The notes below the pieces were generated by a model. The model saw only the letters and a program-made list of their open reading frames with translations, was not told the origin of the DNA and searched no databases. A stretch of 64,000 nucleotides of DNA from a virus, in the IMG/VR virus record IMGVR_UViG_3300008117_006295, positions 1 through 64,000 of that record. One strand, written 5' to 3'. Shown here in pieces: positions 8,835-18,159 of the stretch. A program made the translations under genes and the position numbers. Each line of letters starts with the position of its first letter. The first letter of the stretch is position 1.

Positions 8835-9725
8835 ATGGATAGATATCATTTTATTTTAAACGACATCTCAGAATCTGCTCAAAAAACATATAGAGATAAA
8901 AAAAGAAGCGAGCTTAAAGATAGTGACTTTTTATTTCCAGAAACAAGATCATTTCCTATAGTTAGTCCATCTGATGTTCCAGACGCTATAAGTAATTTTG
9001 GCAGAATGAAGAGCGGTATGAGTTATGATAGTTTTCTTAAAAAACTATATAGTATGTGTAAAAGAAAAGGAAAAGAGTTCATAGACGCTTTACCAGAAGC
9101 ATCTAAAGAAAAATTAGGTATTAATAAGAGTAAAAATTGCCAAATGGATAGTGGTCCAGATTTAATCTTATCTGGGGATCCAGAAAAAATTAAATATAAT
9201 GATATGGAAGAAGAAGAAGAAGAAGAAGAAGATCCATTAGATATGGAAATAGAGAAATTAGAAAAAGAAATTGAACTAGAAATTTTAAAACAAAAATTAA
9301 TAGAAATTAAAAAGACTAAAGGACAAGATTTTACACAAGTTGAGAATCTTGAAAAAGAAAATATAGAATCTGAAATGATGGAATACAAGAATGATTTTTA
9401 TCAAATGAGTGTAGGATCGTTAAAAGCAATTATGACTCATAGTCAAGCGATATTAAATTCACTTGATGATGAAAAAATAAAAGAAAACTTGACCGAAAGC
9501 TGGCTACAAGGTAGAATTGCCATAACTGAAGACTACATGCGTACAATTCATGATTTTGTCATGTTTGTGTCTGATGATGACGATAATTCAAATGCTGGGT
9601 CAAAACCCGGATTATGGGATAATATTCGAAAGAAAAAAGAAAGAATGGGTAAAAAATATAAACCAGCTAAACCTGGAGATAAAGATAGACCAGATCCCGA
9701 AGCATTTAAAAAGGCTCAAAAATAA
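8835..9725 (+). CDS. Modular phage protein (DUF6582-like N-domain, acidic linker, basic C-terminal module)
   Basis: KRSELKDSDFLFPETRSFPI; E8 tract; ESWLQGRIAITEDYM; KPGLWDNIRKKK...KPGDKDRP. Confidence 0.6.
   Translation: MDRYHFILNDISESAQKTYRDKKRSELKDSDFLFPETRSFPIVSPSDVPDAISNFGRMKSGMSYDSFLKKLYSMCKRKGKEFIDALPEASKEKLGINKSKNCQMDSGPDLILSGDPEKIKYNDMEEEEEEEEDPLDMEIEKLEKEIELEILKQKLIEIKKTKGQDFTQVENLEKENIESEMMEYKNDFYQMSVGSLKAIMTHSQAILNSLDDEKIKENLTESWLQGRIAITEDYMRTIHDFVMFVSDDDDNSNAGSKPGLWDNIRKKKERMGKKYKPAKPGDKDRPDPEAFKKAQK
9207..9230 (+). repeat. (GAA)8 microsatellite encoding poly-Glu
   Basis: Read directly from the sequence. Confidence 0.9.
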
Positions 9726-9788
9726 GCTTTAATACAAAGCTATAATTATAGTTGGAAATAGGACTTAGGACTTTTACAAAGGAAAAAT

Positions 9789-10445
9789 ATGTTTTTACAA
9801 TTAAGTGGTATTGGTAATCAGAAAATTACATACAAGGATCATTCTGATATTAAGTTTGAAAATCTCAATACGTATCTATTATTAGCTAAAAAAGCAATAT
9901 CTAAATTTGCTAATAGTATATATAGTGGACTATCTACTAAAATGCTGAAAGATGAAGAAGCAATATCAAGTATAGCAAACGCTATAATGATGGCTGACTG
10001 GAGATGGGACGATAATTACACTAACAGTAAGAATACAAAAAAAACCAAATATTCATATCGTAATCAATGTGCTATTTGGGCTATACAAACTTATGTTACA
10101 AAAAACTATAAACATCAAAATAAAACAAAAAGAAAAGTATATTCTTTAGATTTTGATATCAATAACGACGACTCTGCTTCAATTTATGAAATGGTAGAAA
10201 ATTTTAGTTGCGATCCACCAGATTTGCAACTTATAGAAAAAGAAGAAAAAGAGAATTTATCAAATAATATTATGAATCTTTTATCTTCGGATCTATTAAC
10301 AGAACGTCAAAAGGAATATATCAAATTATATTATTTTGAAGATAAAACATTTGAACAAATAGGTAACCAATATGGTATTACTAGAGAAGCTGTTCGTCAA
10401 GGTTTAAACAAAGCAATAGAAACAATCAGACATCTATCAACATAA
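9789..10445 (+). CDS. Phage RNA polymerase sigma70-family factor
   Basis: Region 4 HTH LTERQKEYIKLYYFEDKTFEQIG..YGITREAVRQ; region 2-like KYSYRNQCAIWAI; SLD linker. Confidence 0.85.
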   Translation: MFLQLSGIGNQKITYKDHSDIKFENLNTYLLLAKKAISKFANSIYSGLSTKMLKDEEAISSIANAIMMADWRWDDNYTNSKNTKKTKYSYRNQCAIWAIQTYVTKNYKHQNKTKRKVYSLDFDINNDDSASIYEMVENFSCDPPDLQLIEKEEKENLSNNIMNLLSSDLLTERQKEYIKLYYFEDKTFEQIGNQYGITREAVRQGLNKAIETIRHLST

Positions 10446-10447
10446 TT

Positions 10448-10846
10448 ATGAATAATACAAATCTACTCTATAAAATAGTTGCAAATTTAATCGTACTAAG
10501 TGTCAATATAAACTTAAATAAAAGATATATACTATCTCTTTCTAAAGATGATATTATATTGCCAACAATAAATTTTGATAAAAATAAAATATCAAATACT
10601 AATCAAATGGTAATAGATTATTTAAAAGAATTAAATGTTAGCAATAATGATCTATTTCTTATTCCTCAGATAATATGTCTTGATTCTATATACATAAAAT
10701 CTGATAATAATACCATAAATCCTGTTTTTGGTTTGCTTGTAGACTATAATAGTAATATAAAAGATTGTTATTGGTATGAGTTTGAATACGGTATACCAAA
10801 TCAATATTCCGATATTATTATTGAGGTAGCGCAAAAATTACAATGA
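10448..10846 (+). CDS. Hypothetical protein
   Basis: Packed ORF. Confidence 0.6.
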   Translation: MNNTNLLYKIVANLIVLSVNINLNKRYILSLSKDDIILPTINFDKNKISNTNQMVIDYLKELNVSNNDLFLIPQIICLDSIYIKSDNNTINPVFGLLVDYNSNIKDCYWYEFEYGIPNQYSDIIIEVAQKLQ

Positions 10847-11229
10847 TATTTATCAAAAAAACTTTTACTAAAATAGTAGAGTACTTCAAGTACCACTATG
10901 GTCCTTTACCAGATAAAAATAAAAAAGATGATGAGATAAAAGAAAATAGTATATCTTTTAGAATAGATGAATGGAATAGATTCTATATAAAAATAAAATT
11001 AGATCTAGATAATAATGCTTCTTGTGAAGAATTTGGTAAAATGTTATTTTTTCTTCAAGATGGTAGATACGAACAAAATATAGTTGATGCTTTTGTTGAT
11101 ATGGCAACTAAAAGATTGATAAAGACAGATAATGTTCAGAAAGTTATGTCCGGATGGACAGCATTATTAGCACAAAATCTGAATCATCAAACATCTCCAT
11201 GCATTAAGCCCACAGAAGTATTTAAATAA
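10843..11229 (+). CDS. Hypothetical protein
   Basis: ATGA overlap with the upstream ORF. Confidence 0.6.
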   Translation: MIFIKKTFTKIVEYFKYHYGPLPDKNKKDDEIKENSISFRIDEWNRFYIKIKLDLDNNASCEEFGKMLFFLQDGRYEQNIVDAFVDMATKRLIKTDNVQKVMSGWTALLAQNLNHQTSPCIKPTEVFK

Positions 11230-11230
11230 T

Positions 11231-11695
11231 ATGTTTTCTAACAATTATAAAATCATATGGGAAAAATGGCATGATCCATTTGGTCAAGATATTGATGAAA
11301 TAAAAGAAACTGATTATGATAATGAAATTGATGATATCCCATTCATTGAAGAAAAAGATCTTGAAGAAAACGAGAGCCAAAGTTCTCCTTTAATAAAAAA
11401 GAAACCAATAAGAGTTATTGCATCACCAATGGGTTTGATTCCATATAATGAGCATACTGCTAGTGGTAAAATTTTTAATTTTTGGTTAGGACATTCAAAC
11501 TTTGATATAACACAAGATATATGTAAAATTATTGAAACAACAGATGGAGTAGAAGTTCTAGATATTTTTACAAGATATAGATTTAGAATAGGCATTGGTA
11601 AATGTTTTGGAGCAAGCGAAACTATGATTAGAATACAAGACAATATATATAGGTATTTAGATGAGCAAGACAAATGTCAATCCGGTACTGATTAA
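11231..11695 (+). CDS. Hypothetical protein
   Basis: Packed ORF with an acidic N-terminal linker. Confidence 0.6.
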   Translation: MFSNNYKIIWEKWHDPFGQDIDEIKETDYDNEIDDIPFIEEKDLEENESQSSPLIKKKPIRVIASPMGLIPYNEHTASGKIFNFWLGHSNFDITQDICKIIETTDGVEVLDIFTRYRFRIGIGKCFGASETMIRIQDNIYRYLDEQDKCQSGTD

Positions 11696-12341
11696 TCTAA
11701 ATGATATACATACATTTAATATAGATACTGAAAATAGAGAAATATATTTACATTCTCATATTAGTGATTCTGAAGAGCCCGGCGTAGATTATAGATCAGC
11801 AATAACTTTTGAAAAAAATTTAAGATATCTAAATTTATTATCTTTAGATCCTATCTTAGTACATATGCATCTTCCTGGTGGAGATTGGCAAGATTGTTTA
11901 GGAATATACGATAATATTAAAATTAGCAAAAGTAAAGTTTGTATTGTTGCGTATGCTAAAGTTGAATCTAGCAGTAGCGTTCTATTACAAGCGGCCGATC
12001 TCAGAATATTAAGTGCAAATACTAATTTTTTGGTTCATTATGGATCTCTAAGTATAGATAATGAACATAAAGCAGCTCTTAGTATGGTGCAATGGAGCGA
12101 AAAAGAAAGCGAGAAGATGATTGATATATTCACAGAAAGGTGTATGAATAGTAGGATTTGTAAAGAAAAAAATTGGAAAAGAATGATGGTACGAAAACAT
12201 ATTGTAACACAATTAGCAACAAAAAGAGATTGGATATTAACAGCAGAAGAAGCTGTTGATTATGGTTTTGCCGATGGTATTCTTGGTACTAAAAAATTTC
12301 CAAATATAGAATATATTAAAAACTATATAAAAAAATTATAA
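11661..12341 (+). CDS. clpP: ClpP-like serine protease subunit
   Basis: NREIYL, PGGD...IYD, ESSSS (Ser), FLVHYG (His), RDWILTAEEAVDYGFADGI (Asp). Confidence 0.85.
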   Translation: MSKTNVNPVLINLNDIHTFNIDTENREIYLHSHISDSEEPGVDYRSAITFEKNLRYLNLLSLDPILVHMHLPGGDWQDCLGIYDNIKISKSKVCIVAYAKVESSSSVLLQAADLRILSANTNFLVHYGSLSIDNEHKAALSMVQWSEKESEKMIDIFTERCMNSRICKEKNWKRMMVRKHIVTQLATKRDWILTAEEAVDYGFADGILGTKKFPNIEYIKNYIKKL

Positions 12342-13000
12342 TGTATATAGATTACAAAATAACTGATCCAGACACAAATGAAGCAGAAACAAAAGAACTT
12401 GTAAAAGAATTGTGTTCTTTTAAGTTAGTTAATAGTATAACTGCTCCTCATTATTTATTAAAAAGTATCAAAAATACCATAGACACCAAAGACATAAGTC
12501 TTTCTTGTGTTATAGATTATCCACTAGGTTTTTCAGATCTAAGAACCAGACTAACTGCAATAGAGTCTGCGATTAAAATTGGTATTGATATGGTGGATAT
12601 TGTTATGCCACAAAATTTAGCCGCAAATAGAAAATATGATAAAATTAGAGAAGATATAAAAAACTGTTTAGATATTTGTTCAAATAATAATATAGAACCT
12701 AGATATATATTAGAATATAGAGTATTTGATCATCATTGTTTAAAAAAAATATGTGAAATATTAGATTCTTTTGGAATAAAAAAAGTGTTTCCTTCAACAG
12801 GATATTTTTTAGATAATTTAGCCGATAATTTAATAGCATCATCTTTTTTATATCAAAACTCTAAAGATCTAGAAATAATTTGTAGTGCTAATATATGGAA
12901 TAATAAACATTTTGAATTAATAAATAAGGCTAATATTTATGGTATTCGTATATCTTATATAGAAATATTAAGAAATTTTTTGAGTTATAATTTAAAATAA
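12341..13000 (+). CDS. deoC: Deoxyribose-phosphate aldolase-like protein lacking the catalytic lysines
   Basis: CVIDYPLG, AIKIGIDMVDIVM, YILE and PSTG; KVFPSTG stands in place of the canonical FVKTSTG. Confidence 0.7.
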   Translation: MYIDYKITDPDTNEAETKELVKELCSFKLVNSITAPHYLLKSIKNTIDTKDISLSCVIDYPLGFSDLRTRLTAIESAIKIGIDMVDIVMPQNLAANRKYDKIREDIKNCLDICSNNNIEPRYILEYRVFDHHCLKKICEILDSFGIKKVFPSTGYFLDNLADNLIASSFLYQNSKDLEIICSANIWNNKHFELINKANIYGIRISYIEILRNFLSYNLK

Positions 13001-13003
13001 TTT

Positions 13004-13016
13004 GGTGTACTCTTAG
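13004..13016 (+). promoter_or_regulatory. RGTGTA intergenic motif (candidate phage promoter)
   Basis: GGTGTA; recurs in six intergenic gaps. Confidence 0.55.
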
Positions 13017-13055
13017 ATAGAGCATAAACCTTTTTTATAGCTATGGAGATTTAAT

Positions 13056-13616
13056 ATGGCCACAGTTCAAATAGATGGTTCAACAGCAGTAACCAGTAGT
13101 TCAACCAGAAATAATGGCGGTGCTGCTATTCAAACAGGATCAGCCGCTTCTGGTAAATTAGACAAAGTAAATGTTGGCTCCTATTATACTCGTTTAGGAG
13201 TTTTTGCATCAACACCAATTGATGGAACAGATACAAATGAAGCTAATAGTTCTGGCACTTTTGCTTATAATAACACTCGTCCAATAGCTAAGAGATATAC
13301 AACAACTCTTTCTGGCGTTAGCAACACAGTTCTTTTAAGTGGTGCGGCTAGACCAGGATTGAGACGTAAGGTTAATAAAACTGAAAGTACAACTAATAGG
13401 CTTGATACAACTCTAATTAGATCTGGTGGATTTAATATCTATACCGGTAAGTTTACAAATAACCAAACTGGTGCAGTTGTTAAACCAACAGTTCAAACAG
13501 ATAGTTTTGGTCAGGATGATGCTGCAACACCAACATCAAGCGTTCCTGGCGAACTAACTTATACTCTTGGCGGCGCTCCTATTAATACAGAATATAAACC
13601 AAAGTATAATACATAA
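13056..13616 (+). CDS. Thr/Ser/Gly-rich probable virion protein
   Basis: GGAG RBS; composition typical of structural proteins; followed by a hairpin. Confidence 0.55.
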   Translation: MATVQIDGSTAVTSSSTRNNGGAAIQTGSAASGKLDKVNVGSYYTRLGVFASTPIDGTDTNEANSSGTFAYNNTRPIAKRYTTTLSGVSNTVLLSGAARPGLRRKVNKTESTTNRLDTTLIRSGGFNIYTGKFTNNQTGAVVKPTVQTDSFGQDDAATPTSSVPGELTYTLGGAPINTEYKPKYNT

Positions 13617-13632
13617 TTATTTAATATAAATT

Positions 13633-13645
13633 AGTGTATCTAATA
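13633..13645 (+). promoter_or_regulatory. RGTGTA intergenic motif (candidate phage promoter)
   Basis: AGTGTATCTAATA. Confidence 0.5.
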
Positions 13646-13647
13646 AC

Positions 13648-13680
13648 AGGGCCAATGATACTTTTGGTGTCATTGGCTCT
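13648..13680 (+). terminator. 14-bp stem-loop (terminator or transcript-stabilising hairpin)
   Basis: AGGGCCAATGATAC-TTTTG-GTGTCATTGGCTCT with two G:U pairs; weak U tail. Confidence 0.6.
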
Positions 13681-13714
13681 GCTTATTATATCTCTTTCTT
13701 AGAAAGAATAGTAT

Positions 13715-14038
13715 ATGAATGAAAATATAACTCATTTTTGGCAATCCCTTTCAACAGTAAGTATTGGAGTTATAGTAACACTAGTTGGATTTTGGGTTGG
13801 TATTGGTAGAAAGATTATTACCAGAGAAGAGATAGGAGAAATGATTAAAAATGAATCATCGTATTCACAAGATAGACAATTTATTATGGAAAGACTAGCA
13901 ACGAATAAAGAAAATCAAGCATTAATAACGAATATGTTACAGCGTAATACGGAAGTAATGAATGAGTTAAAAATTCAAATTGCTACATTAGGTAAAACTC
14001 TTGAGGCACTAGAAGAGAGAATAGAAAGAGCTAAATAA
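13715..14038 (+). CDS. Membrane-anchored coiled-coil protein
   Basis: N-terminal hydrophobic helix VSIGVIVTLVGFWVGIG; C-terminal heptads. Confidence 0.6.
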   Translation: MNENITHFWQSLSTVSIGVIVTLVGFWVGIGRKIITREEIGEMIKNESSYSQDRQFIMERLATNKENQALITNMLQRNTEVMNELKIQIATLGKTLEALEERIERAK

Positions 14039-14054
14039 TTTAATTTTTATTGAT

Positions 14055-14067
14055 GGTGTATATAATA
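14055..14067 (+). promoter_or_regulatory. RGTGTA intergenic motif (candidate phage promoter)
   Basis: GGTGTATATAATA. Confidence 0.55.
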
Positions 14068-14086
14068 TATATTCTGGAGAAAAAAT

Positions 14087-14308
14087 ATGGCCAATGATAT
14101 TCAACTTGCAATTTCTGGAAATCCTATAAAAAATGGTAGTATCGTTTTTTCGTGCGGAATGACAGGCTATCCATCTGGAACTATAGTGAATAATAGTTTT
14201 GTTAAAAATACTCCAACCATAAATACTATTCAATCAAAATATGATTTAAGATTTGATGATCCTAGTTATTATTATGGTATTGGTAGTGGTTTAATAGTGG
14301 GCGGTTAA
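14087..14308 (+). CDS. Hypothetical protein
   Basis: GGAG RBS upstream. Confidence 0.6.
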   Translation: MANDIQLAISGNPIKNGSIVFSCGMTGYPSGTIVNNSFVKNTPTINTIQSKYDLRFDDPSYYYGIGSGLIVGG

Positions 14309-14309
14309 A

Positions 14310-14897
14310 ATGCCAATACTCAGAATAGATCAATTTCCAGACGGAAGTGGTGCTGTAAGTAATGATGATCTTATATTATTTTTGGATAACCCAAGTGGTT
14401 CTTCAACGACTAAATATATGAAGATTTCTGATATGGCCGGTGCTACATATAAACATTATGGATCTTTTTATGATACCACTATTCAAACAAATGTTAATGT
14501 TTCTGGAATAAATACTATAAAAATTAATAGTACAAATATTTCTAGTGGAATTAGTATTGCTAGTGGAACACGACTTTTATTTGCTAATAGTGGAATATAT
14601 AATATACAATTTTCAGCACAAATAGAAAAAACTGATGGCGGAGATGACACTATAGAGATATGGTTGTCTAAAAATGGTTCTGGAGTAGCCGATTCTAATA
14701 CTTCCATCACGCTACATCAACAAGATGCAAAAACGGTTGCCGCATGGAATTTTCTAGTGTCTGCTAATTCTAATGATTATTATGAATTAAAATGGTATTC
14801 TACAGACCCAGGTCTAATAATACTTGCTCAATCAGGATTAACTAATCCTAATAGGCCAGAAATACCATCTATTATATTAACAGCAGTACAGGTTTAA
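14310..14897 (+). CDS. Probable virion fibre/decoration protein with a C1q-like beta-sandwich C-terminus
   Basis: YGSFYDTT.Q, GIYNIQFSAQ, IWLSKNG, AAWNF and PSIILT motifs. Confidence 0.55.
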   Translation: MPILRIDQFPDGSGAVSNDDLILFLDNPSGSSTTKYMKISDMAGATYKHYGSFYDTTIQTNVNVSGINTIKINSTNISSGISIASGTRLLFANSGIYNIQFSAQIEKTDGGDDTIEIWLSKNGSGVADSNTSITLHQQDAKTVAAWNFLVSANSNDYYELKWYSTDPGLIILAQSGLTNPNRPEIPSIILTAVQV

Positions 14898-14901
14898 TTA
14901 A

Positions 14902-14914
14902 GGTGTATTCTAAT
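14902..14914 (+). promoter_or_regulatory. RGTGTA intergenic motif (candidate phage promoter)
   Basis: GGTGTATTCTAAT. Confidence 0.55.
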
Positions 14915-14949
14915 TTATTAGAATATTGTCTTTATATTTGGAGATATAA

Positions 14950-15288
14950 ATGATTAAACCTGGATATAGAACTAGCGAATTTTGGTTTACACTAGTTAGT
15001 TTTTTATTTAGTGGATTATATTTATTAGGTATTATTAATGATAATGGTCAGAAAGAAGATCTGATAAGAGATGTTAGTCATGGCGTAGAATCAGCTATAT
15101 TAATTGGTGGTCAATTAGCTATTTTATGGAAATATATTAATAGTAGAAAACAAATTAAACAAACTTGGTGGAGCACAGCAAGTCCAGAAGAAAGAATAGA
15201 AGCGAATATTAAAAATAGTAAAGGTACTAAAAATGAATCTGTCAGAAGCACTAAAACCAGAGCTAGAAAATCTAGTAAAAGAAAGTAA
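14950..15288 (+). CDS. Holin-like membrane protein
   Basis: KPGYRTSEFW start, two hydrophobic segments, highly basic C-terminus; GGAG RBS. Confidence 0.5.
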   Translation: MIKPGYRTSEFWFTLVSFLFSGLYLLGIINDNGQKEDLIRDVSHGVESAILIGGQLAILWKYINSRKQIKQTWWSTASPEERIEANIKNSKGTKNESVRSTKTRARKSSKRK

Positions 15289-15619
15289 AAAATCTTTAGG
15301 AGAAGTTAAATCTGTAGCTATTGCTCAAGCATGGAAAATATTACAGTTAACAATTGCTGCACTTATACAAAAGATAGAAGTATTAGGTGATGGAGTACCA
15401 GGAAAAACTAAAAAAGAAATAGCCATGGATCTATTAAGTAGATTCTATGATAGTGTTTTTATTATCATAGATATTCCTTTTGTTGCTCCTATTTTTGAGT
15501 CTATTATACATAAGTATGTGAAAATATTTCTTATGATACTTGTTGGATCAACCATAGATGCTATGGTAACAACTTTTAAAGAATTAGGGATTTTTAATAA
15601 ACCATCAATTAATACTTAA
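15233..15619 (+). CDS. Hypothetical helical protein
   Basis: Overlapping packed ORF. Confidence 0.6.
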   Translation: MNLSEALKPELENLVKESKKSLGEVKSVAIAQAWKILQLTIAALIQKIEVLGDGVPGKTKKEIAMDLLSRFYDSVFIIIDIPFVAPIFESIIHKYVKIFLMILVGSTIDAMVTTFKELGIFNKPSINT

Positions 15620-15633
15620 AGGAAAATAATACT

Positions 15634-16014
15634 ATGAATTATACTGAAACCTTTGATCAATTTGCTAGCAGACTCAGTGGAACAGATCTTGCATTATATG
15701 CTGGAGCAGGATTAATTCTGTGGGTTTTGTTTAAAGATAAATTAAGTCCAGTTCAACAATTTCTTAGTCCATTCTTTGAAAAACTAAAAAATTCTACAGC
15801 TATTAAACCAAATACTTCTAATCTTATCACAATTCCTACTGTTAAGCCAAATGTACAAAAAGAAGATATATTTTTTAAGTTAATAGCATCATGGAAACAA
15901 ACAAGAGACTTGGCATCAGAATGTGGATGCGTAGCAGCAGTTAAGGCTGCTGATGAAATGTTTCCTTATTTAAGTCCTGTAGTATGTACAAAAGAAGAGG
16001 TTAAACCACTATGA
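15634..16014 (+). CDS. Membrane-anchored hypothetical protein
   Basis: LALYAGAGLILWVLF hydrophobic segment. Confidence 0.6.
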   Translation: MNYTETFDQFASRLSGTDLALYAGAGLILWVLFKDKLSPVQQFLSPFFEKLKNSTAIKPNTSNLITIPTVKPNVQKEDIFFKLIASWKQTRDLASECGCVAAVKAADEMFPYLSPVVCTKEEVKPL

Positions 16015-16511
16015 ATTTAAAAATATTATTGTTATTAATAGGATCAGTATTATTAGGAATTGGTATACTTAAACCAAATATTAATTTATTAAATAATCCT
16101 AATCCATCTCCAGCGGTAATTGTAGATGGTTCAGATTTATCAGAACCAACAGATGAAAAACTTAAATCAAGGGCTAAAGATGTTATTAAAGCATTATCTA
16201 GTAATAATGATAGAAAAACAGACGGTAAGAGATTAGCTAGTTTATATTCTGATCTTGCTAATTTAGTTTCTCTTGATGGCGAAGATCAAGTTATTAAAAA
16301 TACAGAAGAAATTAGACAAGCTAATAAATTAGTTGGTTTAATGCTACGTTTAGATATTAAGGGTAAATATGAAGACTTACCTGAAGCAGCACAAGCTTTG
16401 ATGTTAGAAGCCATTGGAGACGATCAAGTTTTATTAAGCACACAATTAAGGGCTAAAGCAGTAGATGGTTTTAAGGCTTTAGCATGGTCATGTTATGAAG
16501 GAAGTAAATAA
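16011..16511 (+). CDS. Exported or membrane-anchored protein
   Basis: N-terminal signal/anchor, Pro-rich linker, helical domain. Confidence 0.6.
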   Translation: MNLKILLLLIGSVLLGIGILKPNINLLNNPNPSPAVIVDGSDLSEPTDEKLKSRAKDVIKALSSNNDRKTDGKRLASLYSDLANLVSLDGEDQVIKNTEEIRQANKLVGLMLRLDIKGKYEDLPEAAQALMLEAIGDDQVLLSTQLRAKAVDGFKALAWSCYEGSK

Positions 16512-17440
16512 TGCCAAGATATTCTCCAGAAGAACTATATAATAATTATAAAAAAGGATACAGTGGTTGTTTATGGGAACAACACGTATTCGACCATTTA
16601 ATGGAAATTAGTAAATATCCATTATTTGGCGATGCAATAGGAAAAAGATTTGTTAATAGCGGAAAAGGTAAACTGTCTACTCCTTTTAAAAGCGTATTAA
16701 AATTTGATAAAAGAGCTTATGAAGAAAGACAAACTACTGGTGATTGTGTAAGCCATGGAACAAGAAATGCATGCGATATTAGTAGAGCAGTAGAAATAGA
16801 TATTAATGGAGAAAAAGAAGCATGGATAGCAAGAGGAGCAACAGAAGCTATTTATGGAGCCAGAGGTCATGGTGGTCAAGGAATGAGTTGTGCTAGAGCG
16901 GCAGAATTTGTTAGTAAAAATGGCGGAATAGTATTAAGACAAAACTATAAAGGTGTCGCTGATTTTACCAAGTATAATGGAAATCTTGGTGCCGGTTGGG
17001 GAGGAAGAGGATTACCTGATCCTGTTATAGATTTAGCTAATGATCACCAAATCAAAACCGTAAGCCTTATTAATACAATAGAAGAAGCTAGAGATGCTTT
17101 AGCTAATGGTTATGGTTTAGCCGTATGTTCTAATTATGGCTTTAGTAATAAAAGAGATAAAAAAGGCATATCAAATGTTAGTGGTAACTGGGCTCATTGT
17201 ATGGCTTGGATAGCCTGTGATGATACTGGTAGCGAACCATTATTTTTAGTACAAAATAGTTGGGGTAAGTGGAATGATGGTGGACATCCGGATTGGGGTC
17301 CAATACCAGACGGCTCTTTTCTTATACGAGCAGATGCTGCTGCTGGAATGTTAGCAGCAAATGGTAGTTATGCTTTTAGTAATTTTGATGGATTTCCTGT
17401 TCAAAAACTTCCTTCATATGGTTTTGAGGATTATTTATGA
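16511..17440 (+). CDS. Papain-like (C1 family) cysteine peptidase
   Basis: QTTGDCVSHG (Gln, Cys), WAHCM (His), VQNSWG (Asn). Confidence 0.85.
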   Translation: MPRYSPEELYNNYKKGYSGCLWEQHVFDHLMEISKYPLFGDAIGKRFVNSGKGKLSTPFKSVLKFDKRAYEERQTTGDCVSHGTRNACDISRAVEIDINGEKEAWIARGATEAIYGARGHGGQGMSCARAAEFVSKNGGIVLRQNYKGVADFTKYNGNLGAGWGGRGLPDPVIDLANDHQIKTVSLINTIEEARDALANGYGLAVCSNYGFSNKRDKKGISNVSGNWAHCMAWIACDDTGSEPLFLVQNSWGKWNDGGHPDWGPIPDGSFLIRADAAAGMLAANGSYAFSNFDGFPVQKLPSYGFEDYL

Positions 17441-17601
17441 GAATTATTGATAAGATTGCTATGAATAGATTAATCGGTATTATAAGTAATTTTATATTAG
17501 GATTAATCAAAATTTTTGCACCAAAAGCTGTTGATGATATAGAAATTCCAAAACCAGTAAAACGCAAAAAAATATTACCATGGAGAAATAAAGATGAATA
17601 A
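17437..17601 (+). CDS. Small amphipathic protein (54 aa, not in the ORF track)
   Basis: ATGA overlap; MRIIDKIAMNRLIGIISNFILGLIKIF...ILPWRNKDE; fills the gap. Confidence 0.55.
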   Translation: MRIIDKIAMNRLIGIISNFILGLIKIFAPKAVDDIEIPKPVKRKKILPWRNKDE

Positions 17602-17911
17602 ATTTTTTGGATTATTATTAATTGCTTCAATTTTTTCTTTTGGTTCATATAAATATACTGGGTCAACAACAGCAGCAGTAACTTTAGCTGGCGGTATTAT
17701 AAAAGCACAGCATGTTAATATTGATAAAAAGTATAAAAGAAAAGATTGTCCAGTTTGCAAAGGTAAAGGATACTATATTAGTGGAGATGGAATTAGTAAA
17801 GTAGATTGTGGATATTGTGAACCAGAAACAAATAATGCAAAAGTAGTAACACATCCTGGTCCATATATTACTGGAACCTGTTCATCAAATAACTGTAGAA
17901 CTATTAAATAA
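17594..17911 (+). CDS. Signal-peptide protein with a DnaJ-type zinc-finger motif
   Basis: MNKFFGLLLIAS signal; CPVCKGKG...CGYC. Confidence 0.6.
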   Translation: MNKFFGLLLIASIFSFGSYKYTGSTTAAVTLAGGIIKAQHVNIDKKYKRKDCPVCKGKGYYISGDGISKVDCGYCEPETNNAKVVTHPGPYITGTCSSNNCRTIK

Positions 17912-18126
17912 TGATAACTATTAATTTAACACAATATCTTATTAAAATTTATGGAGATAATATTGATAATATAATTAATGAAGATCTTATTAATATATTA
18001 GATACTAAACAATATCCAAGAGAAATTTTAGAAGAACTAGAAACTAATCAAGAAATAAAAAATATAGAAATATTTACTGTAGATGGAGAAACTTTACTAT
18101 TAAATAGTCAAAAAGAAATCGAATAA
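17911..18126 (+). CDS. Hypothetical acidic protein
   Basis: TAATG overlap. Confidence 0.5.
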   Translation: MITINLTQYLIKIYGDNIDNIINEDLINILDTKQYPREILEELETNQEIKNIEIFTVDGETLLLNSQKEIE

Positions 18127-18132
18127 AGCAAT

Positions 18133-18145
18133 AGTGTATTTAAAT
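18133..18145 (+). promoter_or_regulatory. RGTGTA intergenic motif (candidate phage promoter)
   Basis: AGTGTATTTAAAT. Confidence 0.5.
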
Positions 18146-18159
18146 TATAAAGGTAATAT

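Noticed and set aside
9207-9230. (GAA)8 as a phase-variation switch
   Set aside because: A triplet unit keeps the frame; it only encodes an acidic linker
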